A stretch of DNA of 63,981 nucleotides, filler included, from Octopus bimaculoides (GCF_001194135.2; 5 parts of 5 records of this genome joined end to end with filler, not necessarily neighbours in it), one strand, 5' to 3'; shown: positions 35,881 through 49,569, numbered from the whole stretch's first letter. A program made the numbers and translations. The notes: generated by a model from the sequence alone, not told the origin.

Positions 35881-37659
35881 TGTAATTTATATGTCTTTTG
35901 GTCAAACTTCAAAGAGGACAAATTAGTGGTTGACTCAAGTTGTCTGGAGATGGAAGCCAATTCACTCACACACACACACACATATAATTATCTCTAATTT
36001 AGGTCCAGCAATTTTAAAGTGAGTTAGTCAAGTAAATCAACTTCAGTATTTAAATGGTGCATTATTTTATCAATCCTGAAAGGATAAAAGGCAAAGATGA
36101 CTTCAAAATGTAGAGTGAGAACAAATACCATAAAACAATTTTTCCAACACTCTAACAAGTCTACCAATCCACTTCCATTGCTCTTTTATACAATAATGTC
36201 AAAATAAGGTAAATGCAAATATATTCAATCAAGTTTTTCACTATTTTATTTCATGTTTCATTAGGACTAATCACTAGGTGGTAAACATGGTAACCACAAT
36301 GACTATAAAAAGTCAAACTTAATATTCTCTTATTTGTTTACTTCTATCATAACTGTTAGCTCTTTGCTTCATATTCATAAAACACATGGCTTAGCATCTT
36401 AGTTCTAGGACAGATTGACTGGCTACTCTTCTTCCACAAACATTGAAAAAGCAATACAAAACAGACTCAGCTTCTCTTTTGGTTATCTCAAATAATGAAA
36501 CACTTAAAGGTAAGTGAAAATCCACTCACCAATTGCTATTTCCACCAGTTTAAAAGAACATATATTATCTATTTTACTACCTACTTCCCCCACTTATTAT
36601 AATACAAATGAGCTGAAACACAAAATTGCTTTATCTCTTTCTTTTAGGCCAATAATATTAACACTTTTTCCAGTTGACTTTGTTAAATACAAACATCTTG
36701 TTTATATACTCCATAACATATTTACATATTTATGTTAATTTTAGTTGATATGGTAAATTGGAATCTGTTACATTCTATGTTTGAATTATTGTCTCATTTC
36801 ATTCCATGTTTTATTTAACTACTATTGAAATATTGCACCAATAAAATTGACTGATGGAGTCAACTTGTGTTGATATGTGGAAAATAAAAGAAAATATAAC
36901 TCACCAGTGTTATCTCTGATATTCTCTGGTGTGTTATATAATGTTCCTTGTTTTTATTAAACCAGCAACTTGCAGTTTACCTGCAATGTTGATAGCACAT
37001 TTTTGACAATTGTGAGGGAGAAGATTGCCCTAGTCTATAGTTGAAAGTGGTTGAATTTTTTATTTCCATTTCCAGCACTGAACAAAATGCTGAAAAGAAA
37101 GATTGCATTTAACTATGAACAGGGCAAAGAATTTGGATTTAAAGCAAAAAGCAAAAAAGATTACTAACAGTTGTGTGTGTGCATGCATATGTGCTTACGT
37201 GCATATGTCCATACGTGCATGTGTGCGTACGTGCATGTGTGCGTACGTGCATGTGTGTATCTATGTTGTTGTGGTATGGAATTTAGCAGTAAAGGAAAAG
37301 TGCAGTTGGATGATGATCTTTGCTTATGTGCTTATGACAGCTCATCAAAGTTGATGACAGCATCAATCCAGAACATTCCTCCTCCTCAACCTCCAGCACA
37401 TTGTTTCTCATGGGAGTAGATTTGGCTGATAAGTCCGATACAAGATAAGTGGATCTTGTGGCCCTGATGGTACTGAAAGGGATCCTGAACAACAGCCACA
37501 GAGGGTTGATGATGTCTCCTCCTCACTTCATGCAATCTCCTGCATCTTGTTTCAAAAGGCTTTACTCCTGCATCGTGCATGAACCTCCATGCCTTCCAAT
37601 TAACAGCCAGGTCACAAAATCATTAATTTTCACTGCAAACAAATTTTATTGACATCAAT

Positions 37660-38830
37660 GTATTTGTATTGAATTAGCATTTGTCAAAATAAAGTATTGT
37701 AAACAACATCCATCATGTAATGTCTGTTTTTATTGATGCATTTCTGAAGGAGTTCTTGGAAGCTGACCTCCACTCTCTCCAACATTGCTCTGGCAATTTG
37801 GGCGACTTCCATGGGAATAGCTTCCTTCAAATCGTTCAGTGTATGGGGCCTATGTGCATACATACATGCCTCGAGGTTTTCCCACAAGAAATAATTACAC
37901 ATGAACAAATCAGGGGACCGAGGGGGCCAAGGAATGTCAGCAAACCTGGAAATGAGGCAGTCATTGAAGAGAAGACGAAGAATGCCCATTGATGCTCTGG
38001 CTGTGTGGGTCATTGCCCCATCCCGCTGAAACCACACACATTGAATAGGCATATGTTTTCATTGTAATTCAGGCACACAGAAGTTGTTTAACATCTCAAT
38101 GTAATACTCAGAGTTCACAGTAACGGCATTTCCATTATTGCTATCAAAAAAGTAAGGACGAATGATGGCAGCTTTTCCAACAGTACATCAGACCATCACA
38201 TTTGGGCTGTGCAGTGGTCTTTCATGCAGTTCTCTCAGATTTTCAAGAGCCCAATAATGACAGTTCTGTTGATTCACTGTGCCATTGTGATGAAAATGAG
38301 CTTCATTACTCATTAACAAAATGAGGTTGTCATTTGTCTCAAAAATTGCTTCCATCTGACATGTGAAGTTAAGCTGCTGTGCATAGTCCCATGGTTTCAA
38401 CCCAATTTGTATGGGTGGAAATGCAGGTCTACATGCAAAATGCACCTTACCAATTGATTACTGATGCCAAGTTCAGTGAAATGCCTCTGAGCAGAGCAAT
38501 TCAGATTCTGTATCAAAGCTTGTCTGACAAATTGCACATTTTCTGGGGTCAGATCATTCATGGCAGTCTCACCAGTCCCTTATTCATTCGCATACCTTGT
38601 GTGCGAAGAGCATTCACCCAATGTAAAATTGTGTTACGGTTGAAAACAGCCTGATTTCAGTGAATGTTGAAGTGGCACCAAAACTCATGCTGAACTGCTG
38701 TGACAGACTCGTTATTCTTCACATAATTGTCATAGGCAAACACATGATGCTCTATCGTCCACAGCACCATGACTTCACTGAAAACAAAAGAATGCTAAGA
38801 CACCATGGACATATGTCCCTCCCCTGGGGC
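37660..38830 (-). mobile_element. rosa/DD41D Tc1-mariner fossil
   Basis: MSNEAHFHHNGTVNQQNCHYWA..HERPLHSPNV, and WFQRD-(41 aa)-NYFLW. The spacing counts to 41, with the third Asp decayed to Asn. Confidence 0.85.
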
Positions 38831-40129
38831 TGAGTAATAGCCATTTCAAAAACGTCTGTCCTCTCTGCCCCACCCTCTCTCTCTATATATATATATATAG
38901 TGAGACATTGATGTGATAGTGAAAACTATAATAAGTAGGAAAACTAATGTAAAATCCCTGTGTGAATATATTCTAGTACTGTATTTTGTTGAAAAGAATG
39001 TTAAGTATATTAAAGAACATGATTCAATTTTTTTTGGTAGGGACTGGTACTTCAAACAAAGCTACAACAAAGTGCTTCCCAACATGTCTGAAATGCTTTC
39101 ACTTTGAGAAAAGAGTACATAAAAGTATTACATAACTTTTATATGGATGATAATGAATAAGCATAAGAAATAACAAATTAGTTATTAATGTAGCTGGAAA
39201 CTAGAAATAACTCAAACATTTTTCATGCAAATTACTCAGCCCATATTTTCACAATATAACACAATTTACTACAGGAAAACTGTACTGAAAGTGCACAACC
39301 CTTTCAACAGTTACAATTAAAGAGATTTTGTGTATTCATGAATTTTAATAACTGTAATCTGTTAACACCAAATTGTGATGATAGCTTGCTTTTTCTTTTG
39401 TCAGTTATTGACAGAATGCATAAGTACTGGGAAGCCCCAAAATGATATTTTCAGAATCTAAGAGAGGGGAAACGAAGACTCCTTGGCACTGTAGAATTGC
39501 TTTGAAGATGAAGGAAATGCCTGTGAGTCATTAGAGATTTATTTATTGTCTCTTAGCTCAAGTTCTTAAATCATTGTCAAACACCATTATATAACTAGAA
39601 GCCAAGTCAGCATAATTTCAAATGGCTGAACCAAAAAGAAACTTCAGAGAAAAAAAGGCTATATAAAGGCTATACATTCATGCACACATGCACTCACGTA
39701 CACAAACAGACAGAGAGACAGACACACAGACAGATACATAGATATACACATGAATGTATATATATGTATGTTTATGTGTGTGTGCCTTTTTCTTGACAAG
39801 TGTCAACTTTTTCAGCTGTTCATGGGAACGTGACTGGGCATAGGAAAATATTACCTTGCTTGGAATCAGGTCAGGATTGCTGACAAGAAAATCATCTGAC
39901 CATAGAAAATCTGCCACAACTAATTTTGTCTGACCTGTAAAAGCATGGAAATGCATCCATTAAAATGACAACAACAATAATAACAATGATGATGATTGGA
40001 GTAGGAAACTGGGTGCCTTTTTGAGGAGCAATCAACAAATAATGAAACAGTCTGTCAGAAAACTTCCTTCTAAGCAACAAAAGCATAGAATGAATTCACT
40101 TGTATTCTTATTTACAGCCAGGCTTTCTA

Positions 40130-41325
40130 ATAATTAGGTAAATATGATGCAGTTTGGTTCTGTGCCAGGAAGAAGCTTGACTGATGCTCTCTTCCCTGTA
40201 AGGCAACTGCAAAAGTATTTAGCCAAAAGTAAACTATTGTACTTGGTCTTCATTAACTTGGAGAAAGCTTCTGGTAAGGTCCTTTGCTCCCTGATCTTAT
40301 CTTCATTGCAGAAATAAAGAGTAAATGAACAGCTAGTGAAACCTATTCAAGCCATGTAGAGGGGTGCTGTCAGTAAGGTGACAATTAGCACAGAGTACAG
40401 TGATGAATTTAGTCTGCAGGAAGGCGTTCACCAGGGCTTGGTTCTCAGTTCCTCTTATTCATCATTGTCATTTAAGCCATAACAGATGAGTTTAAGAATA
40501 GTTGCTTGCAGAAACTGTATGATGATGACCTTGTTTGTTGAGCTAACTCCTTAGTGAAATTAGAAAAGCAATTCTAGGTGTGAAACCAAAACAGAATCAA
40601 AGATTTTTAAAGTTAACTTTGAAAAGACTGAAGTCTAAGTATGCAGGAAAAGAAACAGTTCATTTATCCCTTGAGGAATGTGGCCTAATTTGGTTTGTAG
40701 AAAAATACATTAGTAGAAATTCCATTCAGAGTCTCCAATACAAACTATGGACTCATAAAAGGTGCAATGGAATCACAGGTAGATTAACAGAGAAAGTAAA
40801 CTTTGTGGTAGATGTGCCGGAGCAAAAAGCACTAAGAACACAAGGGAAATGTATTTTCTCAAATGCTTAGGAGAATCCTTAGTTTCTGTTATAGAGATAA
40901 TCTGATTAGCAGTGTAGGAGGATGCTCTCAAAGTGTTGTTGCTAGAATAAGAATCAACTGGAGAAAGTTCAGAATGAAAAATGTTTGTCTCAGAGTGAAA
41001 AACAGGTAGTATGATGGCTGTACACAAGTAGCAATGTCATATGGTAGTAAAACATTAGCTGTGAATGCAGAGGATATGTGAAGAACTAGAATAAATGAAA
41101 CTAGTATGCTCAGCTGCATGCACAATATCAGTGAGAACGTATGACAAAATGCAAGTGTGTTGAGAGAACATTGGGCATAAGAGGCATATAAAAGGGCTTT
41201 CAGCTGCAGAAATAATGCCAAAGCAGACTTTGGAGCCAAACATAGTCATCTGGTTTATCATATTCTGTCAAACCATCAAACATATGCCAGAATGGATACA
41301 AACGTTAAATGATGATGATGATGAG
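40130..41325 (+). mobile_element. RTE-clade LINE RT fragment ending in a (GAT)n tail
   Basis: MQFGSVPGRSLTDALFPVRQLQ..LAKSKLLYLVFINLEKA; GVHQG.VLS..LFI; LYDDDL; LGIRGI; tail ACGTTAAATGATGATGATG. Confidence 0.85.
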
Positions 41326-41509
41326 GTGTATATGTGAGGTAAGAAGCTTGTTTTCCAACCATATGGTTCAGGGTTCAGTCGCACTGTATAGTACTTTGTG
41401 CAAATGTATTCTGCTGTGGCCTCAGGCTGCCCAAAGCCTTGTGAGTGTATTTTGTAGAGGGAAACTGAAAGAAACTTGTATATATGTTGTGTGTGTGTGT
41501 TTATGTATG

Positions 41510-41541
<32 letters not shown>

Positions 41542-41974
41542 CAGAGGATGTAGCAGCCGTTACCAATATAGCATAAGAACTTACCTTAGGGGATCATTAA
41601 CTAGATTCCTTAAGGGTCGTTCTCACAGTTTATATTTATATTTCAAGGGTTTTAACTTTTAAATTTGTATATTTAAAAGAGATAGAAACTTCAAACTCGA
41701 TATATCCAAGATCGATTTATTTACCACTCTATGTCAACATTTCTGTGCCAAACTTATCCAGTGACTGGTCCATTGGATTTCGACATTTGGCACTTCTTCA
41801 GGAATGGCTACCATCGGAACAAAACACGAAAAAACACATACATAACGATCATATTAGAGTATATATGTGTGTGTGAACGGAGATAAGGATATGCATATAT
41901 ATATGTGTGTAAGTACGTATATGTATAGGTGTGTGAGTGTACGTATATATATATATATATGTATATGTATATTC

Positions 41975-42435
41975 TTTTATTCTTTTAGTTGTTTCAGTCA
42001 TTTGACTGTGGCCATGCTGGAGCACCGCCTTTAGTCGAGCAAATCGACCCCAGGACTTATTCTTTGTAAGCCTAGTACTTATTCTATCGGTCNNNNNNNN
42101 NNAGGACTTATTCTTTGTAAGCCTAGTACTTATTCTATCGGTCTCTTTTTGCTGAACCGCTAAGTTACGGGGACGTAAACACACCAGCATCGGTTGTCAA
42201 GCGATGTTGGGGGGGACAAACACAGTTACACAACATATATACACATACATATATATATATACATATATACGACAGGTTTCTTTCAGTTTCCGTCTACCAA
42301 ATCCACTCACAAGGCTTTGGTCGGCCCGAGGCTATAGTAAAAGACACTTTCCCAAGGTGTCACGCAGTGGGACTGAACCCGGAACCATGTGGTTGGTAAG
42401 CACACTACTTACCACACACCCACTCTTGCGCCTAT
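41975..42435 (-). mobile_element. Full-length young CORE-like SINE
   Basis: Complete 3' and 5' modules with CpGs intact; artefactual duplication across the 10-N gap. Confidence 0.9.
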
Positions 42436-43244
42436 ACGTACATGTATATATGTACATATGTGCATGTATATGTATATGTATGTGTGTATGTATTTGTATA
42501 TATATGTGTATGTATATATATATATGTATGTATATGTACATATGTGTATGTATGTATATATGGATATGTATATGGGTAAAGTGTATGTATGTATATATGT
42601 ATATGTATGCGGGTAAAGGAACGGGTAATATAGTATAGTACAACACAATTAATGGTTTGATCCCCAAATACAATGTAACTAAGTGACTCTACCAAATTAA
42701 GGGTAGATATGAAATAAAAGTAAGAACTGAGAACAAAATAAATAACTAAGCATTTNNNNNNNNNNNNNNNNNNNNNNNNNNNNNNNNNNNNNNNNNNNNT
42801 TAATTAATTAANNNNNNNNNNNNNNNNNNNNNNNNNNNNNNNNNNNNNNNNNNNNTCTCGAAAGTAACTTATTTATTGGTCCTTTGAACAATGACAATAT
42901 TTCGACATCTAGTGTGTCTTCAACTGGTCTGGTTCAAAATAAATGTCAGTCTAATTCATTTTTAGTTTATAGAGAGGACTGATAAACTCAGCAGAAATGT
43001 AATATATAGAAAGATGAGTTCTTAACTTTTGTATACGATTGCCAAATTCCATCACTAAGGTAAACATAGCTGACGTAATCCATCTCTACGGCCACTAAGG
43101 TAAACATAGCTGACGTAATCCATCACTACGGCCTGGCCGTAGTGATGGATTACGTCAGCTGTTTACCTTAGTGATGGAATTTGGCAATCGTATACGAAAG
43201 TTAAGAACTCATCTTTCTATCTATCTATCTAATAATAATAATAA

Positions 43245-43275
<31 letters not shown>

Positions 43276-43949
43276 ATCGAAAAATACCTTAGGAACGAGA
43301 ACCCAGGTTCGAAATTTTCCCATGACACCTGATGAAGAATGGAGAGTATATCAGCCAAAACGTTGTGTAAACAACAAACAAGATGAGGACAAATATCCGT
43401 CATAAGTAAATAATGTAAATAACGTACATAATTCCTCATCTTTTAAATATAGAACTGCACTGGACAAAATGCTTTGCGATATTTTTCCAGATGGTTACAA
43501 TATGAGTTAAAATCCGACCAAAGTCAACTTTGCTTTCATCTTGGCGGGGAGTTGATAAAATAAAGTTTCAGTCAAGTGTCGGGGTTGATGGCATTGTCTA
43601 ATCCTCTATCCCAAATTTCAGGTTTTGTACATATGTTATTCATTTTTGAATAATCAGTAGATCCATGCTGTTGAGCAAGATTTCAGTTATCCAATAATAG
43701 CAACAACAATAGTAATAATTATTGCTATAATCATTATGAGGTATAACAGAACATGAATTTCTGAGCTACAACATCTCGATCTGAGAGGCATATTTGCCAA
43801 ATATTCTTTGAATAAAACTACCTCAAAAAGGGAAGAATATATTACGTAATGTAGCTGTCGATATACTACGTCTGGAAATAATGAGCTACTCTCGGCTGAA
43901 ATAGCTATATGCCATTGGTCAATATATTTTTTTAATGAGCAGACTTGAC

Positions 43950-43995
<46 letters not shown>

Positions 43996-44009
43996 TGTGT
44001 GGTAACGCG

Positions 44010-44280
44010 TGGTAAAGTCTTCTGTGTGGATTTGGTAGACGGAAACTGAAAGAAGCCCATCGTGTGTGTATATATATGTGTGTGTGTGTGTGTGTGTATT
44101 TGTGTGTGTATGCATGCATGTATCTGTGTGTGTGCCTGTCTTTGTGTCTATTTGTCACCATCACCATTTGACAACCGGTGTTGGTGTGTTTACGTCCCCG
44201 TAACTTAGTGGTTCGGCAAAAGACCGATAGAATAAGTACTAGATTTCAAAAAAATAAGTATTGGGTCGATTTGCTGAACT
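44010..44280 (+). mobile_element. CORE-like SINE fragment
   Basis: GTGGATTTGGTAGACGGAAACTGAAAGAAGCCC...TTTACGTCCCCGTAACTTAG...GACCGATAGAATAAGTACTAG. Confidence 0.85.
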
Positions 44281-44424
44281 AAACACATTAGGTAGAGTGG
44301 AGAAATATATTAACTATTCAATGGTTGACGGTTGACTCTGAGTTTCGCCCAAGATTGGCTGTTTACGACAGTCGTGAACAGCCCAGCCAAGGGCGAACCA
44401 CAGAGTAGACTGTCAAATTTTCAT

Positions 44425-44481
<57 letters not shown>

Positions 44482-45854
44482 TTGAATTTTTACAGGAAAG
44501 ATGATGAAAGTGACTTCGAAATTTTGGCCTGCTAGCCTTGTGCGGCAACAGTTGAAACTTCGAAGTCACTGTCACTCCTCTTCTTCTAAAAGTTTGACAT
44601 AAACATGTACAGTGCTAAAAACTATTGAATAATTCTTGAGTTTGATGTTATGACGGTGCATAAAACAAGTTGATTTATTTACAATTTCATTTTAAAACAC
44701 GTTACGCACAAAATGGCAACTTCCAAATCCTGTTTTCTGACTGGGTGACAACTATCAAAATTTAAACCTCTATAACTTTTTTTTTTTTAATTTATGTAAA
44801 AAGTGAAATACTTCCTGAAATTTAGCTTGGTAAACTACATTAATGTACCAAATTTAAATATTTTCAATAAACTTTGAATTTTCGAAAATTGGCAGCCAAA
44901 CTGAAAAGATCTGTTTCTCATGTATAACTTAACATAAAAATAAACATTAACATATATAAATATGTATGTATGTATGTAGGCATGTAACGCTGCCAAAATA
45001 GAAAATGTAGTTTCTAATAGAAGTTTAAAATTTATAAACATTCTCTTTGGTTAAACTACGCTTCTGTCGAAAGGAAATATTACACTGCATTATTTTAAAA
45101 GAATAGGTTACAAATGTAGCGACAGAGAAAAAAAATAATAAATGAACATTCACCAGAAAGATGAGCCCGTATTATGTTTAAGATTGCACAGGAAATAAAC
45201 GACGCCCAGACATAGTGCTAATACTAATATCTCATTGCAGAGAAAGCCTTTACGCTTACGAAAAACAACATTTGCAAAACAGATTAAAACGTTTCGATTA
45301 ATACTCTTCTATGGAATAACCTCACCCCGCTGAGACAACCAATTTTTCTAAAAAAAAATAAAATTAAAAAAAATAAAAAACAGAACCCTGAAATAAAATA
45401 TAATACGGTGAAGTCACAACATCTGGCATTCTTAATCTGGATATCCGCAAGATGAGCTCACATGAAGTTTGCAATGTTAATAAGGTAGACTAGGGAAAAT
45501 TATAAAAGTTTATGAAATGAGAAAATAAAATAAATTTAGACATAAAAAATATTTGTTTATAAAATGTATTTATATAATATATAAATATAAATAAATATAA
45601 AGCTTTTAAACTTATAATAATTAAGGGCAAAACAGTTTTGAATTTATCTGAAAAAAAAAAATGATGGATGAATGCATGCATGTTTGCTTGTATCTATGCT
45701 TGTGCCTGTGTGCTCTTCATATATAGAAAGATACCTCTCTTATGAGAGGGGTCTTTTTTTTTTTACTAATAATAGCAACTAAATCTCCTCAAATCACACG
45801 CTACGCTACTAAAAATGAATAATGCATGGGATGATACAATATTTGATACTCTTT

Positions 45855-46290
45855 AAGGCGGCGAGCTGGCAGAAATGTTAGCACGCCGGGCGAAATGCTT
45901 AGCAGTATTTCGTCTGCCGATACGTTCTGAGTTCAAATTCCGCCGAGGTCGACTTTGCCTTTCAACCTTTCGGGGTCGATTAAATAAGTACCAGTTACGC
46001 ACTGGGGTCGATGTAATCGACTTAATCTCTTTGTCTGTCCTTGTTTGTCCCCTCTATGTTTAGCTCCTTGTGGGCAATAAAGAAAAACAGAAACGTTAAC
46101 ACGCTGAGTGAAATGCTTAGCGGTATTTCGTCTGTCTTTATGTTCTGAGTTCAAATTCCGCCGAGGTCGACTTTGCCTTTCATCCTTTCGAGGGTCAATA
46201 AGCTAAGTACCAGTTGCGCACTGGCGTCGATCTAATCGACTGGCCTCCTTCCCAAAAGTTTCGGGCCTTGTGCCAAGAGCAGAAAAGAAT
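45855..46290 (+). mobile_element. Two tandem SINEs with a conserved central domain (Nin/Deu-like)
   Basis: GGCGGCGAGCTGGCAGAA...GAGTTCAAATTCCGCCGAGGTCGACTTTGCCTTTCA.CCTTTCGGGGTCGAT.AA.AAGTACCAG twice. The Nin/Deu label is from recalled similarity. Confidence 0.85.
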
Positions 46291-46417
46291 ATTTGATACT
46301 CTTTAAAAACAAAATATGGGAAATCTTTTGATCCTAAGTCTGAGAAACAACAGTTTATCCGGTAGTACATTTTACACATGCAAGCCACCATCAACGAAAC
46401 TATGAAGTTACTGTTAC

Positions 46418-46449
<32 letters not shown>

Positions 46450-46589
46450 ATACTGCATTGAGGCATTTTTAAAATTTTCACTGATGATTTTTACCAGCGT
46501 GTTCCGTATTATATCATTAATTTGACACAACTTGTCCAACCGTTACTGAATTATCTATTTTCATAACACATAAACATTACTTGTTTGTT

Positions 46590-47320
46590 TTTATTTAACA
46601 GCTTCGATAGCGAGTGGTGAAAAATTGCAATTAGAACCATTTTACGCTACTTGTAGAAAAAAGAACTGAGTGCAAGGGCAGCGGCTGTATACAACTATTG
46701 ACAAATCCTCGAGATGCCTGTTTTGGGCATCGAATTGTAACTGGGGATAAAAAATGGATCTGTTTTCGTAATTCTAATAAGAAAAATATGTATCTTCAAC
46801 TCTGTCATCCATGTGCAGTACAGAGAACTATGGTGGTTTGGATAGAACGTCATTTTGTGTGTTTGGTGAAATTTCGAGGTAATGTTGCACTTTGAGATTG
46901 TCCCGGATGTTCATGTTTAGAACGCTAACCTTTATGCTTAACAACTGCAGCGAGAATATGATTTGAAATCCCGCTACTTGGCATTGACCAATCAAAGATG
47001 TGCTCTCCTACAGCATGACAGTGCGCAAGCACATACTGCAAATGTGACCAAGTGCAAACGTGAAGAACTTAAAGGAAAACTGTTGCCTTACCTTGCCTAC
47101 AGTCCAGACCTTGCGCCATCAGATAACCACTTTTTCCAAGCAATGACACCTTTTCTTCATGGACGGAGGTTCACCTATGTGGATGAGGTTGAAACCAGGT
47201 GCGGTGTTGATTCCACCTGGATGGCAACATTCTCCGTCTTGCTGATGAACGGGATTCAAAACGTTCATGACTTAGGTACCACCTATCAACAGCTATAAAT
47301 GGAACAGACCGAAGATCACT
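46590..47320 (+). mobile_element. Internally deleted mariner DD34D fossil
   Basis: HRIVTGDKKWI; LLQHDSAQAHTANVT; YSPDLAPSDNHFF. Confidence 0.87.
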
Positions 47321-47329
47321 TGGTGGTGG

Positions 47330-47500
47330 AGTCTGTCCTTGTGGTGTCTCTCCTTTATAAATGCCATGTGCCTAAATAAAAGAAATCGACTTGAAGACAA
47401 ACAACATTATGTGGAATGGGTGTGCAAGAGAAACAACAGATCGAACCCAGTGGAAGTAGTTGGTTGTCTAATGCGCTGAGCAGCGCAGGAAGATCTAAAG
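47330..47500 (+). mobile_element. Short RTE-like LINE C-terminal fragment
   Basis: WNGCARETTDRTQWK*LVV*CAEQRRKI* resembles the RTE C-terminus DRxxWRxLVxxCxxxxGR. Confidence 0.45.
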
Positions 47501-48281
47501 CTAAAATGCGAATTGGTGCAGACAGAATTAGTAGTGTTCCGATGCACAGCTTCATGTCAGCTCTGATCGATTGATCCTGTCTCACATCAAACAAAATAGA
47601 TGCGGCCGTAGATAGCTCTTTCTTGTTATAACTATGTTTCAACCTGCCTGAGGACCATACTACCCCACCATACACCAAAAACATACAGCAATGAGTTGTA
47701 TGGGTTGCAATCTGAGATAGTCTGAACATATTGCTATTCACTCCTGTCTAGTATATTTCTGTACGTCTACAGGTTTTGGTTGTGATCACGATGGAAGCGG
47801 GCAAAGTGGACTTAGTCAAAGCAAAATAGTTGCAGTTCTGCTCTTATTTCATGTGGCGTTCATCTCATCACAATGTTCGGGGCTACTGGGGCTATTGATG
47901 CTGCGGTTATTATAGTGCATGTGTGTTTTATACTTTTGTCTCACGTAGTATGTGTCTCTTTGGAGGTGATTTTCCATGTACTCATAGAGACCGTTTGACG
48001 AAAGTATGTTGCCCTAACAAACTGTATCTCACGCATGTCCAAATATGTCTGAGATATGTTGATGTTGTTGATTATGATGATGGCAAACTGTATTTCTCTT
48101 GTGTTGGTGATAAGAACAAGGCATGGATTTGCTATGCGTTAAATTGTCTTATTTTGTTACAAGGTTTATCGGGGACTGATGTTGATTTGGATTTGTCCGT
48201 AATTCAATAATTCTTTGCTAAGAAGTAATACATCAATATCGAACCTGCTAGGAATGTTTTCAGCCGAGTGCACTTTGTTGG

Positions 48282-48500
48282 GGAGACGCGTGGCTTAGGG
48301 GTTAGGGTGTTGGACTCTTGATCGTAAGATTGTTTCGATTCCTGGACCGAGCAACGAGTTGTGTTCTTGAGCAAAACACTTCACTTCATGTTGCTCCAAT
48401 CCACTCATCTGGCAAAAATGAGTAATCCAGGTGAGAAATATATACAGCATCAAACCGGGAAGCCGGCCCTTATGAGTTGGCATAACTCGAGAAGGTAACT
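48282..48500 (+). mobile_element. tRNA-derived SINE (family also at 56790-57173)
   Basis: GGAGACGCGTGGCTTAGGGGTTAGGGTGTTGGACTC...TTTCGATTCCTGGACC...GTGTTCTTGAGCAAAACACTTCAC. Confidence 0.82.
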
Positions 48501-49569
48501 TAAACAAAAAAATAAAAAATAATAGAACTTGGTAAATGTATAAAAACTGGGCAATGGAGTAAATCTACCGGTCAAGAATATGTATAGTCCTACAGGCTGA
48601 CATCATCTAGTTTCACTGAAAAGGTCTGAGGTTACTCAAGGCTATTAAAGAAGACACTTGCTTTAGATATGCGCATATGAATCGAAACCGAAGCGCTTAG
48701 CTACACGGCCTTGCCTGCACTCGGGTTAACTAAATTTTACTCCTAGAATTTCTTGACTTACGTTCTTTACCATCGTAAGGTGCTTTTTGTATTGTAATAT
48801 AAGCCTGTCTAATGATGCCTATAATCCCTAAAGTAATATCTTTAACATAATACTCTGTAACATAGCCGGGTCATTGACACAATGCTATATCATTCTTGTA
48901 ATTTAATATACACGCTAATCAATCATTGAGACAAGTTTTGCCCAAGAGTAGCATCAAATTCAGTACTTTAATTTAACGAATCACCGTTAATAGTTACATA
49001 TGTCTCCACCCCATACGGTGCGAAACGTACTTCACTATGATACCTACTTATTTATAACATGAACTGAACCAGCCAGAGTTGAGTGTATTTTTGTATGGCA
49101 ATGCGGAGCCCTTACCATATCGCGTGCGAGTATGTATGTGCGCTTATGTTGATTCTCCTATAATTTTAAGCCATTAGGACATCTCAGAAGGCTTTGTTTC
49201 GGTTAAGTTAGCTCCAGTTGGTCGATTATTTCCCTTTTTAAACTATACTCAAGAGTAAATTTGTTACTTACTGTACACGTTAACGTAACCCTTATTCGTT
49301 CAACTCTGTTATCCGCGTACAGTACAGAGGACTAGGTTTCTCTTATGGTTACCCACAGCTAGGTAAACAGGAGCTATTTGAGTATACAGAATCGTGGCTA
49401 TTGACACCATGCAATGAAATACAAAACGCTGAAAAATTTTGTTGGCTTGTTACGCTGTGCTCAAAAGGTTCCCTTTGGCTCCTTCATGCCTGCTATCAAT
49501 GTTATTTATAGTAGCTAAATAACCCTCAAATCACACATTAACCGCTGTGATTCTCAACTGGTTCACCGC

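Noticed and set aside
41765-41815. Minus-strand hammerhead (CTGAAGA...GTCGAAATCCAATGGAC)
   Set aside because: U16.1 is missing, and neither stem I nor stem II pairs. At most a relic.
47500-48240. Possible APE endonuclease remnant on the minus strand
   Set aside because: Only scattered motif-like words with wrong spacing; left unclassified.
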